Assembly: GCA_905178155.1 (NCBI GenBank)
Contig: CAJINV010000008.1
Location: 1,798,001 to 1,862,000, forward strand
DNA from: Amoebophrya sp. A120
Lineage: Eukaryota > Protista > Dinoflagellata
Length of the DNA stretch: 64,000 nucleotides
Reading direction: 5' to 3'
Shown here: positions 1 through 12,316 of the stretch, in pieces
Position numbering within the stretch: the stretch's first letter is position 1
Layout: each line of letters begins with the position of its first letter
Made by a program: the position numbers and the translations under genes
Notes under the pieces: generated by a model
Seen by the model: only the letters and a program-made list of their open reading frames with translations
Databases searched by the model: none
What the model was told of the DNA's origin: nothing

Positions 1-1450
1 CAGAGCCGGCGGCGATATTGAAGCACCTGGCTGCGCTCACAGCCGGAACTGGGCTGCAGGTGGGGCGCGGTGGCTCTCGCAACAAGCCACAGGTAGGAAC
101 GGCCAGCACGGCGCCAGAGGCCACAGGTAGCAACCGAAACGCCAGCCAAGCCGGCCACTTCCGGTCGTGTGTGGAAAGGCCGAAGGCAGAGGGCCCGGGA
201 ACCGGCCCCGCCAGCCAATGCCCACAAAGCGAGGCGGGGCAGGGAGACGCGGCGGCCGCGGTGTCTGCGTCCTTTTCCGTCGCCGGCCATACGGGTCGGC
301 AAACTTGGCCACATCGCCGGCAATTTGCTGGGCATTTTCTGGCCGGTCGCTGCCCTCGCTTCTGCCCCCGCCGCTCGCGCTGTCTCGCCGAAAAAGCCAG
401 CGGCGGACTTGCTGGAAAGCTCTGCGCTATCGTAATTAGTCAATTGCACCGCCCTCCCGCGAGACAGCACCACTGCCGCCATTCCTGGGTCCTCGATGGA
501 GAGGATGCGATCCGACGGCAGCTGAATTGAAGGCGGGAAAAGCGCCAAACTCCGGTCGGCGTCGAAGCCCTGACCCCCATCTTGCGTAGACAGGGTAATG
601 GAGTCAGCGACCCGGCGCCATGCATCGTTCCGATTTCCGGCCAAAGAGCCTGTGGAACGAGGGGCGATTTCAGTCGTCGCGCTGATCCACTTGAAACAAA
701 TGGGGCCCACTCACCACCGCCCACAGTCGCCCTGCGTCTACCAGGACCATCCTCCCGCCCAGGCGCTGCGGCGCCCACACGCCACAGGCAGCCCGCGCGC
801 GTGGCCCGGGCTTGAACCAAGGAACACGGGGCGAAGTCAATGCATGCCGATGCCCTACTAAGCCCGGCGGAACGAAGCCCGTCCGCCGATTCGCAGGACG
901 AACCGCGCGCGCGCGCAGCGCGGGCGCACCGCGGGACCCACGAGGGGCCCGGGCACGGGAGCCAGGCGGCGGCGCGCCCCCAAAGTTCGCGCGCAGCAGC
1001 AGCCCCCCGCCCGCCCCCGCGCCATCGCCGGCATGCGCGCGCCATCATCGGAGGAGGCCCCACACCCGCGCGACAACTCTCATATGCCGCACGGCTGGGG
1101 GCTCGCGAAAGTCTGGGCTTGCCAATGGAGCAACTCTCTCCGCGATGGAGAACCTCTTCCGCCCACCTTTCAACAACCGGGCTCGCGGAAGTCTTCGAGC
1201 GAGTCCCGAATTGGGCGCCCTAGCGCCTGCGCCTCTGCTCTATTCCGATAGCGATAAAGCGGAAACGCTGAAAGGCCGAAGAGGTTGGCACCTGGCGCGC
1301 GGCGCGGTGCTGCACACACGCGACACCAATGCCGGCGCTGTTAAATTTAACAGCGAACGACTACGGTATGCCATACATAGCCCCGCGCACTCGCAATGAC
1401 GGCAGCGGACTTCTAGGACTTTACTCCGCTATTTTCTTTTCGCTGGCGCC
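1..1450. other. GC-rich low-complexity block with no recognisable gene
   Basis: Very GC-rich with GCGCGC runs. Overlapping Ala/Arg/Pro/Gly-rich ORFs occur in all frames without motifs. Composition resembles 27150-27960. Confidence 0.4.
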
Positions 1451-1635
1451 TCTCTGCACGCAGTTCTTCATGCGCAAGTTTATTTTACAACCAGAGAACA
1501 CATTGCACAATGGTACATCTCCTGCTGCTTGAGCAGAATTTTTCTTCAGTACTGTTTAGCATTTTTCGGTTTGGACAACGATATGAAACATGTGGAAAGC
1601 AACGCTATTTCCTCAACAAACTGAAGTCCGGATTG

Positions 1636-3520
1636 CTATTTCGACTTCCCGCAACCGCCGGACTTTCCGTACACTCCACTTGCATCGTCTGCCAGAGCAG
1701 CATTATCCTTGCCGCCTTTGTGCCCACTTTTGATGCCCGTCTGCTCGTCCTGCTCTTCAGCACCGGTCTTGCTTACTGCAGTGCTCGACTTTCCCGACTT
1801 CTTCCCGTCTTCCTTTCCGCCCTTCGCCGCAACGCCAGAAGGAACACAACAAGCGGATCCCTTCTCCGCATTTTCTGCTCCCTTACTGCTGGTGCCCGTT
1901 GACGATTTCGCCCCTTTCTCCTTCCCTCCACCGCTTGCGCCCTTCCCCTTCCCCTTACTGGACTTCAACGGTGGCGCCATCATGGCCTTCAGATCCGCCT
2001 CCTTGTCCCGCGTCAGCCAGAAGGGCGGATTGTAGGGCGGTTGCGTCTTCTTGCTGAAGTCCAGCTCGTCCTCGGACGCCTCTTCCACCTCCATGGCGTC
2101 GTCTTTCGCGGGCTCCATACTCCCGACACACTCCCCCGCCATCCACACGCACCACTCCGCGATGCGCCGGTCGCCCATCCACGGCTCGTCGCCGACAATC
2201 TCCACTTCCGGAAACCGCTGCTTCAGCGGTTTGTGTTCTTCCGCCGACAGCGGGTCGACGTAGGGGTAATACATGCTGTCCAGCCGCTCCAAAAACTGGC
2301 GTCCCCCCGTCCCGTTGAAGCAGGACAAAACCACGACTTTCGTGACCTTTCCCTCGCCCGCCTCGATGGCGCCAGCGATGGCGTCGATGAAGCGCTTCTG
2401 AACGAAAGGCTGAAAGATTTTCAATTTCAAGTTCCTTGTGTTCTGCCCAAGGCGGGCCGGCGACGAATCCTCTGCGAAACAACCCCACTAATTGCACTGA
2501 AAAAAAGGTGCTACAAGCACTAGTCGCGCCACTTGGACACGTGCACATCGTTTTTGTTACACTTACAGTTACAACGAGCGTACCTTCCGACTAATAAAAC
2601 CAACTAGAGTTTGCACAAGCAGCATTTCGTACCTTCCGCAGCGTCTGCAGGTAGCACCAGGTGTTGACCTTCAACGCTGGGAATTCGGCGGCGATCCGAT
2701 CCCGAATACGTGCGTGCAAGTGCCCCCAGAAGTGTTCGCACCCGTCCCCGTGTGACACCGTCACCACGGCGGTCTGTGCTTGTTCCGCCGCGCTCAAAGG
2801 CGTGTAATCGTGTGTCGTGGACGAAGATGATACCAGCATTTTCCTCGCACTGTCCAGCAGAATTTCTGGCAGCACGGTGCCGTGGTCCAGACTGCTACAG
2901 TAAGTCACAGGCAGAAATCCACAGTACCTGCGCAAGTCGTCGTCGCGTTCCGGGGTAAACCGCGTGTTCAGGCAGTTCGGGATGTCGCGTTCCGAGTGCG
3001 AGGACACGCTGATAAAGACCGGGATCGCGATCACGTGGTCGACTTCTCCGCTCTGTTCCAGCTCCTCCATCGCCTGCTTAATATCCGGCTCGGCGAATTC
3101 TAACCACGCCCACTTCACGATCTTCACTTTCTTCTGCAGTGTCGCGGCGTGCTTCGTAGCATGATCTGTTGTAGTTGTCTCCCCATGTCCCTGTTGCAAG
3201 AGTTTCTCCACCTGGTCGCGCAAGGTGATCTGGCTGGCATTCCACTCTTTCGATGGCGAGCCGTGAGACACCAGGAGCACAGCGTACGTGCGCTCACGGG
3301 TCGGTGACATCTTTTTCCCCGAGAAGGCAGCAATCTGGTCCTTGTCTGTTGTCGGAGAAGAAGCAGAGTTGTCTTTAGCAGCTGCTGGAGGTGAGGTTGT
3401 AGTTGTGTATGATGTTTTGGTTTTCGCACTGTTTTTAGCAGTGGAGTCGGAACGCAACGTCGTGTCTGAACAGAGCAACAACGAAGACAATTGTCGAGGG
3501 AGGCAAAAATCGAGGTCCAT
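1636..3520 (-). CDS. CbiX/SirB-like (sirohydrochlorin chelatase family) protein, two chelatase half-domains, spliced
   Basis: Motifs LLVSHGSPSKEWN, AWLEFAEPDI and VIAIPVFISVSSHSERDIP, plus a second half-domain VVTVSHGDG. A GT-AG intron at 2410-2632 joins LQTLRK to PFVQKRF. The start could be the ATG at 3310. Confidence 0.75.
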
Positions 3521-3990
3521 CTAGGCGACGGCGACAGGTTGCAACAAGGCTGTAGTGAATTCGCTAGAAGAATTAGGAGTGACGAGGAAAGCACAATCGA
3601 CAACAATTTTTTGGGATGAAGACAAGTGTTCAAGGAAACCCACGGCGCACCGACGCAGACTGGTATCTGATCAACATCGGCGAAGTCGAGAGGCCTGAAA
3701 TGATAACCGAAGAAAATAGATCGCTTTCCGGCAGGATCTAGCGACTTTCTACTTGCGTGAACACGGACAAAAAAAACTATCGATCTTCTGCGGAGCGGGT
3801 AAAAATATTTAACTTTAAGTACTTTACTTTGAGTCGTAAATCATGCGTGAGGTGGGTGAGGATGTGTAGTAGCGTCACCTTTTTGTATGTTGAAGAAGTC
3901 CTCGAAATTGCGCCAAGCCTCGTCTCGCGTGGCAGTGGCTCACTCAATCACTGAAACTGATCACTACAAGAACCTTCTCGCGGTCGCGTA

Positions 3991-6900
3991 CTATGAAAAA
4001 TTCGCCGTCCGAAGGCGATTGATACAGCAGGCTATTTCCAATTTTCGAGGTTTTGCGTAGAAACCCTGCGGGCGGTCCCACCTGCTCAGCACGTCCAGTG
4101 CCAACGGACTTTCGGCCAGCAAGCTGTCGAACTTGTCCAAGAGCTGGGAGAAAGAGCTGCTCTCGTCCACGATCTGCTTCTTGACTTTGTTACTATAGTC
4201 GTCGCCCAACAGCTGCAAAATATCCGTCAGCGCCTTGGCCTGCGACAGCTCGACCAGCTGCTCGACGTAGGTTAGCTCGACCTCTTCCTCTCCGTACTGA
4301 ATGCAGCGCAGGTTTCGGGCCGACGCCTTCCCGTCTGCCGCACAGTTTGTATTGTTGTTCAAACGCCGCGGACGGAGCGCCGGAAAGCTGCCTGTTAGTT
4401 TATTTTCGATGGGGGGGGTGAACAAAGCTAGTTGTAAAGATCACGACGATCGTTGCATCGCGTCGTAGCTGCAGCGGGAAGGGCAATGGCAAACAAAACT
4501 ACATACACATTTCGTTCGCTTAAAAGAACATAGTCAAAGTTGCAAGAAAGTCGAGCCCAGCCGTGCAGGCCAAAAAACAATGAAGCAAAGAACCTTCACT
4601 CCTCCCGTCCAGGGTGGAGTCCCAAAACTTGGTGGAGGTGACGATCTTTTTTGCCTCGGCCGTCACGTCTTTCGCGATGTAGTTTTCTAAACACAGCACC
4701 GTGTCGGCCTTTTCGAAGAAATCGCCGCTGGCGCCGACCACTAGGATTGTCGACACCCTCGTGGTTTCGAACAAGGGGACGACTTTGTCGATGAAGGGCT
4801 GGATCGGTTCCTTGTTGTTCGCGACCAGCATTTGCATGCGCTTGTCCCGAATCATAAAGTTCGTCGCGCACGTGTCCTCATCCACGAGCAAACAGGTCGC
4901 TCCGGCTTCCAACGCTTCGCTGATATTCGCCGCCTGAGACGTGGAGCCGGACGCGTCTTGCGTGGTGAAGTTGGTCGTCTTCGCACTGTCGTTCGCGGTG
5001 GTGTTGGGAAGATTTTTGATGAAGGGGGAAATGTCGGTGTTCAGAACGCACCGGCCGTCCTCCGACCTCAGTTTGAACGCATTTTCCTCCGTGACGACCA
5101 ATTCGCGCCCGTCGTTCGGAATTTTGTCGTACACGCCGGTTTGTAACGCTTGCAACAGAGTGGACTTCCCGTGGAAGCCCCCACCGACGATGAGCGTGAC
5201 GCCCTTCTTGATGCCCATGCCGCGGACTTTGCCCCGATGGGGGAGTTCCACGAAAAACGCGGAACTTTCCGGAGATTCGAAAGGGACCACTTTGGCTCGG
5301 TCCATCGGCCGGTCGTCGTTTCCGGCCTTGCGGGGCAGAATGGCAGAATCACCGACGAACGCGACCAGGTCGTTGTCTGCACACCAGGCACGGAGGTGCT
5401 GCTGGTCTTCGACGCATCTGGAATTTAAGTTCGTCGTTCAAACTGATCATGATCAACCATTGCTTTTACATAGTTTGCTACAGCATATGCGTTGAACTAT
5501 ACTCAATCGAAGCAAACAAGGCGACAAATCTCTTTATACTGTAGATGTTTCCGAAGTGCAGCGTGATCCAAGTTTTGAAATATCAGTGCTTTCTGCGCGG
5601 TTTTCACTAGTGCGTCAAACGCCGCCGCCGCCTTTTTGCCTTCTGCCGTCCGTCCATGCGCCGGCAAGGCCAGCGTCGCCCGCACCTCGCAGTACTCGCG
5701 CATCAGAACCACGCAGGACCGCTGCAGCACGAACTGCGACGGCCGGTCGACCTGGATGTCTCCCCCCTTACTGCTGCTCCAGCCCGCGTTCTTCTCCGCC
5801 ACCTCGGTCCAGTCCACTCCCGACCTATGGAAGTGTCAGTATCGAAATTGGCAAAATCGAAAAATTTGTTATGCACAAAATCGATGCCAGTTGAAGCCTC
5901 AGTTTCCAAGTGGCGCATGACAAATTTCGGAAGCACCCACATCCGGTCTGTCATGCTGTTTGGGCAAAGAAGACTGCTCCTGTCATGCTACTCTGGTAGC
6001 ACATTGTATACCCCTAAACAGGCTTACAATTGGTCTCATTTGCCTGCTCCCCAATAGTACAGGCCTTGCGTGCCCTACATTTTACGCATCACAAATTTTT
6101 CGACTTTGCCGATTTCGATCCCGACACTCCCATACGACCCGCCGCGAAGGTAGTCGTTCACCACCCGCTGCACAAAATCCGCGGCCGCGAGGTTTTTCAC
6201 TTTTGTCTTCTTGTCCTTGCGAAAGTTGTCCAGCAAAAACGCATCGGGCCACTTCGCGACCGCGGCCGGAATGCGCACCCGCACGTGGCTATGGAAGCGT
6301 CAGGTTTAAAATCGACAAAGTTGAAACGATTTGTCATGCATAAAGTGGATGCCAGTTGGAAGACCAATTTCCAAGCGGCGCATGCCAAATTTTTGGAGCA
6401 CCGGAATCCAATTTGTAATGCTGTTTGGGCACAGAGGACTGCTTTTGTCATGCTCCTTTAGTAGCTCTGTCCCAAACCCTAAATAGGCTCACAATCTGCC
6501 TCACTTGCCATCCCGGCAAGACAGGCACTTCATGCCTTGCATTTTATGCATGGCAAATCATTTCAACTTTGACGATTTCAATCCTGACGCTTCCATAGTG
6601 GCTCGGCGGTGCGTACGCGTCGCCCTGCACATGGTCCACGTACACGGTATATCAACTGTAAAAATGTCTGGGTCTGGAAGATTTTTTCTAGATTTGCCAT
6701 GCATATTTTCCATGACCCATGATGTCTGTGATGCATGCCGTAGCATCACAGATTTTTAGAGCGCTTTGTGATGCCTCTACAGCATGAGAAATGACCTCTC
6801 CGCGTAGCACAAACTGGAGTCCTCTTGCTGGTCATGTAATACAAATTTTTTCAGAATTCAGAGACAGCATCACAAGTTTAGAATGTTCCAGACCCAGACA

Positions 6901-7144
6901 CTTTTACAATCCGTACGGTGAACTCGTCCTCGGCCCACTCCCCCTTCAAATCCTTGTACGACCCGTAACCCGCGCCCTCCAGGTTGTTCCAGCAATACTT
7001 CTGCAATTCCGTTTGGGGATGCGTCAGCTTGGGCTTCTTCGCGTCCGGTTCCTCGTCCTGCTGTTTGCCCCCGCCTTTTGACTTAATGTGCTGCCACCAC
7101 GGGTAGCCGCCGCCTCCCTTTTTGCCGCCGCCGCCTTTACCCAT
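3991..7144 (-). CDS. Predicted ABC-class ATPase (ABC_ATPase / MRB1590-like family), multi-exon
   Basis: Walker A GGGFHGKS, Walker B LLVDEDTCATNFMIRD, DASGSTSQAA. N-terminal YVDHVQGDAYAPPSHVRV is reconstituted after removing three inserted elements (5826, 6290, 6650). Two conventional-looking introns near 4430-4594 and 5418-5538. Confidence 0.88.
5826..6134. mobile_element. Introner-like TIR element, family C (309 bp)
   Basis: TIR TATGGAAGTGTCAG.../...CCGACACTCCCATA. TSD CGACC at 5821-5825 and 6135-6139. Removal gives DYLRGGS|GVDWTEVAEK. Confidence 0.92.
6290..6597. mobile_element. Introner-like TIR element, family C (308 bp)
   Basis: About 55-bp TIR TATGGAAGCGTCAGG... TSD GTGGC at 6285-6289 and 6598-6602. 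Removal gives YAPPSH|VRVRIP. Confidence 0.93.
6650..6915. mobile_element. Introner-like TIR element, family B (266 bp)
   Basis: TIR core TGTCTGGGTCTGGAA / TTCCAGACCCAGACA. TSD CGGTA/CGGTG (1 mismatch). Removal gives DEFTV|YVDHVQGD. Confidence 0.9.
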
Positions 7145-8193
7145 GGCTAGATAGATCGCGCTACTTCTTCTGCTGTTCAAGTTGCGCAATGCGATGAAAA
7201 GAAAGCGAAAAGAGGATGACGATAATACTGCAAGAGTGAGAGCAACGTCTTTCTAGAGGAGGTCGCGTTCTCATTGAAGCTTATCCATATGTAACGAGGG
7301 ACAGTACTTTATGATGTGATGGCTTTCTCAGTTCACAGTGACGTTGTTGATGCTTGATGACCGTAGCTCAGTTCTCTGAAATGATGAGTGAAAACAAGTA
7401 ACGAGGGGAAGCCGAAACGGCGGCAGAGCAGCTTGTTGCGGATGCGATGGCGGTCGGGTGAGCAATACAAAAAGGAAAAAGAAAATGGAAATGCAAGGAT
7501 CCGAACATAAGCGAGAGCAGAAAAGGAGATCTTCAGAAAGGTCGTGATCTTCTTTCAACTGTCTGCAGCGTAGACTTTATTTCTGCTTCTGAAAATAGAA
7601 CCGCACCAACTACACCATCATGGCTGATGCGTTCATTTTGGGCGCTCTCGACGAACAGCCAGAACAAGAACTACAACCGCTGTTATTAATGATCCGAGAC
7701 GCAAAACTGCTCGTCCTGCTACAGGATCGTTTCTGTTTGAGTGCCCTTACTTGATGCGGACGAACATCAACACATCGGAGGAGCTGCAGAGCCGTGCAAT
7801 GAATCAAAAGGCCAGAGATGCTCTGACCCTGCTACCAGCACACCGCATTATCGCAGTTGTCGGATTCCATTCGACACTATCGTGTTGGAACTACGCGGCG
7901 AGTTCTTTCTCCTTCTACCCGAGTTCCAACATACTGCCGAAAGAACTCTTCAACGTATGAATTTCATCTTTTTGTTGCTCTTCCAATGACAACTGGTGGC
8001 CCAGCTCACTTTGGTTCATCTTCATCAATTCTGTACTTTTTAGTACCCCTTTACCACTTGTAGATGACTCCGGGTCAGCGTCATCGTTGAAATTATAAGT
8101 TTCTGACTTCTGCAAGTGGTACACTAGCCCTGCTGGAAAATAATGTTTTTCTGATTGTTTTTACGTCAAGCAATTGGATATATGCGTTATTTT

Positions 8194-10264
8194 TTACTTC
8201 GCCGGCAGCTTCTTCATGTCTGCGTCGACACTCAGATCCACCTCCCGGATCACGGGCATCTTCATTTCCGTGGCGTCTTCCGGCGTTGGCACGGCGTTCA
8301 AGGCCTGCGCGCCCATCTCCCATCGAAGCATATCACTGCTGTTCCACATGCGATGACCTGGGACGATGTGCAAATAATTGTAATTCTCTCTCGCGCATAG
8401 CGAAACTGCACTTGCGGTTGCGACCATGAAAATGGTCACGACCATAAAATGGTTGGAGTAAGTACATCATTTATCACCACCAGTAGTACCTCTCTCAAGC
8501 AACTTGATGTCAAAGACGTCGTCGACATCCGGATCCTTGGCGAAAATCTCCTTGTGATCCTTGTAACTTTCGTCCACCCAGGAATTCCCGTACGTCACGC
8601 GAACCAGCATGAAGATCTGGTCGCACTCACCGCAACGGTACAGAAATCCCTCGCGGCAGTGGAAGCTGATTAAGTATTGTTGACGTCGGTTATGGTTCGT
8701 CCATGTCGATGTCCTCAACAATCAAATTGCTCGTGCGAAAAAAATAGATGTTGACGTACTAGCTAGCAAACGCGAAATTAAAAACACAAACACATCAAGA
8801 TGAGCAAAAGTAACGATACAACATCGCGTCGTGTTCGTTATCACCAGTGCCGCCCGTACAACACACCTGGCGGATATCCGAAAGGGAGGGCACTATTACC
8901 GGGTTCTCGACAGTCCCGAAAGGCCCGATCATGGGCGAGCTTTTCAAGTATTCATACAATTCGATGATCCCCATGTGGTGTTCCAAGACGTCGGAAGAGT
9001 GTGAAAGGAAAACTTAGTATTTGTCAACTTGCTTGTCCAACCACGTGGCTGTGGCATGCAACACAAAATAGGAACGCAAGACAAAGACTCGCTCGTTTTT
9101 TTTGCCATAAAACCAATGCATTCATTCTTTTTCTCGCTGTGCGCTCGAGGAATGACAGAGGATCCTGGTGCACGGCAGCTCCGAGCTGCGCACCAGCAGA
9201 AAAAGAAATAGACAACTCGCATGACAACAGCACGCCTACGCGGTTGAAGACACTGCTGAAGAAAAATCACAGACATTGTTTTCCGTACCACTACTGGCAT
9301 GCCCATATCGTACGCTAGCTGCTTGTACCTGTTGTAGAAAAAGTGTGACAAAGAAAATCCATATTCATCGCCAGCAACTTCTTGCTTCGTCGCCAGCAAC
9401 TTCTCGATTTCCGTCGAGTATCTATTGGTTTCACGACATGCAAACGCAGGTCACCCGCAGCATCAGCAAGAGTTACTTGATACGTGAGCGTGACGAGCCT
9501 CTCCGGGTGCATGATTGTGGATTCCTTCCGAATCCGCCAGTACCAGTAGTGGTCCAGAAAGTCAAACTCCCGCTTGCTCGGATCCTTCTATGCAGTGAAA
9601 ATAGGTGGTTGGTTCAGATCTGGAAGACGAAGACTGGGTAATGCTTGGCTAGCATTATACACAGTCGATTCTGTAATCACGCATGCTGGTGCTGCGCAGA
9701 CGAGGGTCGACTGTTTTTTATTATTCTTTGTCAAGATGTATTCGAAAAACCCGAGTTCTCGTGCACCGGAGCTAGAAAACTCGTCCTGCGTAGCTGTGTA
9801 GTGCTCGGCCTGCTTGCCATTTACAGGATGACGTTGCAAATCCCTAGTCTTCAGACGAACCCGTCGTTTTTCCGTGTGGATAGCTTTAAAATCTCCTTGA
9901 TATCAATGGGCATGGAATGCGGCGGCAGCGTAAAATCATCCACCGCGGGTGCGTGCCAGTGTCGGTAGTGCCGAATCTGCTGTTGTGCGCCTGGTCGTAA
10001 AAGTGGTGATCTGCAAGAACTCCGGTTCGCCCTTGGATTGTTGCGGAGCCGCAACGCATTTCCGTTGTGATTCGGATTGTTCCAGTGCCCCCCTAGTATC
10101 TTCCCGCCCGCCGCAGACCCAACTGCCACATGCGTCCTCGAGGTGGCCGGAACAAACGCAGCCCTTGGGTTGCTTTGCACCGGTGACGCTGATGCGCTGG
10201 ACCAGAAACGCCGAAAGGTCGTGCACAGCGATCCCGAGCGAGGTACCACAGCAGAGGCGACCAT
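8194..10264 (-). CDS. COX5B: Cytochrome c oxidase subunit 5b (myzozoan type), multi-exon, with N-terminal mitochondrial-targeting-like peptide
   Basis: [22 protein letters not shown] followed by [20 protein letters not shown] (Zn-binding Cys motif). Arg/Ser-rich N-terminus. Several GT-AG introns. Confidence 0.85.
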
Positions 10265-12316
10265 CACTGAGGACGGTCAGAGAAGTAGAGAAAATTCGGT
10301 AGCTGTGAGTAATACTAGGGAGAGCGACCGCTCTGGCCAAAATCAAAAGCTGCACTTCCTCTACTACCCACTCGGGTTACTTACGCGCGATTCCTCGTTT
10401 GTTTCGTTACGCCCGTGGTTCTTGCTGCCGTCGTCTTCCTTGCACTGGTGATCTACTTCCCCATGCCGAAAAGCAATAAACACGCGTCCTCCACATTTCA
10501 AGACTTTCAAACAACTACGTTTGGGGCAAAAATAACAATTTTTGGACAAGTACCGTGTAAAAGTTCAATGCGAGTACACGGTTGCAGGAGGCGCGCTCGT
10601 GCACGACCCGAAACAGAAACAATGCGCCATTTCAGACTGGGAGTCGTTCTGGCACAATGGCCAAAAAAGCACAAAGACACACACACAACTTCATATTCTC
10701 CAAGGCTTGTTGGTACTAGTGCTCCTTCTCTCCTTCGCACTCGACAAATAGAAACGCAAAGATCCTCCCTCACCGTTAGAAGCTGCACTTCAACCTGTGA
10801 TGCTGAAAGAAGATGGATGGAATTCAACGGCCGAAAAGAAGCAGAATTTCTCTTGTATTATCTACTGTTGAAGCAATACTATATGTAACGACGATGTTTT
10901 GGCTGCACTGCGGCAATCCCGCGCGTGTGAAGAATAAAACACAACGTACCAAATTCTCCGGACTACACTACCCGTCACAATGTCGCGACCGGTCGTAGGC
11001 TATTAATATGTTGGTGGCCACTGCTATATTCTTCAAGACCATCACATCTCTTGTTTTTTCGAAACAAAAACGTACGAGGAATCCATCTGCTGAAGACCGT
11101 ATCAGGGAAGCACGCCACCTAGTGAAGACCGTCTCCGCCGGCAACACTCACTCCCATCTCATTTCTAGCCCAGATTTGTAGAGAGAGAAGCCAGTGCTCA
11201 CTGCAGCGACAAGAAGCAATCCCGCTGTTGCCAAGAACGAAACAAGGAAATGCTCTTCACTGCAGTGAACTTCGCCTCATAGCTTCAAAAAAAGAAAGAC
11301 CTTAACGAACCTACCCGACTATCGAAACGTAGAAAAATATTTTCCAAAATTCAAAGTGAAAGAAGTGCCAGCTTCTTTTTTACAGGTTCATCCCACCCGT
11401 GGTCCACAATCTGCTGTTCGTTGAGCAGCTGCCTCTTCTCTTGTCTAAGTGTCTATCTTTTAATACTGTGTGCACACTAATAATCCTATGCATTGTAAAA
11501 AAATATTCTCGCGACCCATCTTAGGACAAGCCGTGGGTTAAAAAAGTATGTGGCTTTGTTCCAGTTTGAGACATGTGTCTCTTTCTGACTTCATCTTCGC
11601 ATGGGAAACGTTTCTCTACTGCTTCTCTTCTTCATGTTGATTTTTGACAAGTACATTCTATTTGATTCATTATGGCAACCAGGCACGGTCGCGGATGAAA
11701 ATTATAAACTACACCTCCCGCGAGAGGTCTCTTCTATCGGGGGCGAAAATTTGTGTGCTAGTCTGGATCTCCCTACGCTACACAAGATAATTAAACCTGG
11801 TGACCTACCTGCGGCGCCAACAAGATGCACGCGGTCTATCTCTTGCAAAAGATGAATCTTACAAGGCGAGGACGGCGCACTGTCATTGCTGACGTCCATC
11901 ATCGGTGGTCTTCGTTCTTGCAGCTGATGCCTGTCTGCGTGTGCGCGCGGCGTCAAAGAAACTGCTCTCTATCTCTTCACTATATTACTTTATTTCTTTC
12001 AACAAAATCACATCTGCTGCCAAAACTAAATCTGTTCGGAGCCTCGGAGGTGATGGCAAGAACTACGAACACAACACTACATCGATACATATCTGCCTTC
12101 CTACGAATACAGCACGATGACAGAATCTCCTGCACATCAGCGAGAAAAAACGCGAAAGCTTTTTCAAAAAAACAGAACTCTACCGTATTTTGTAGAGCAA
12201 ATTTATTCACGAATTTTTGAAATACTGTAAAAAACTACGAAGGCCCTACGCAGGTGTGGATCCACATCTAGTTACTCATGACATAAAGCATCCTACAAAT
12301 CCGAGTCTGTCAAACC

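Noticed and set aside
18-1399. Overlapping ORFs in the GC-rich start of the window
   Set aside because: Stop-codon scarcity in GC-rich DNA explains them, and they contain no motifs.
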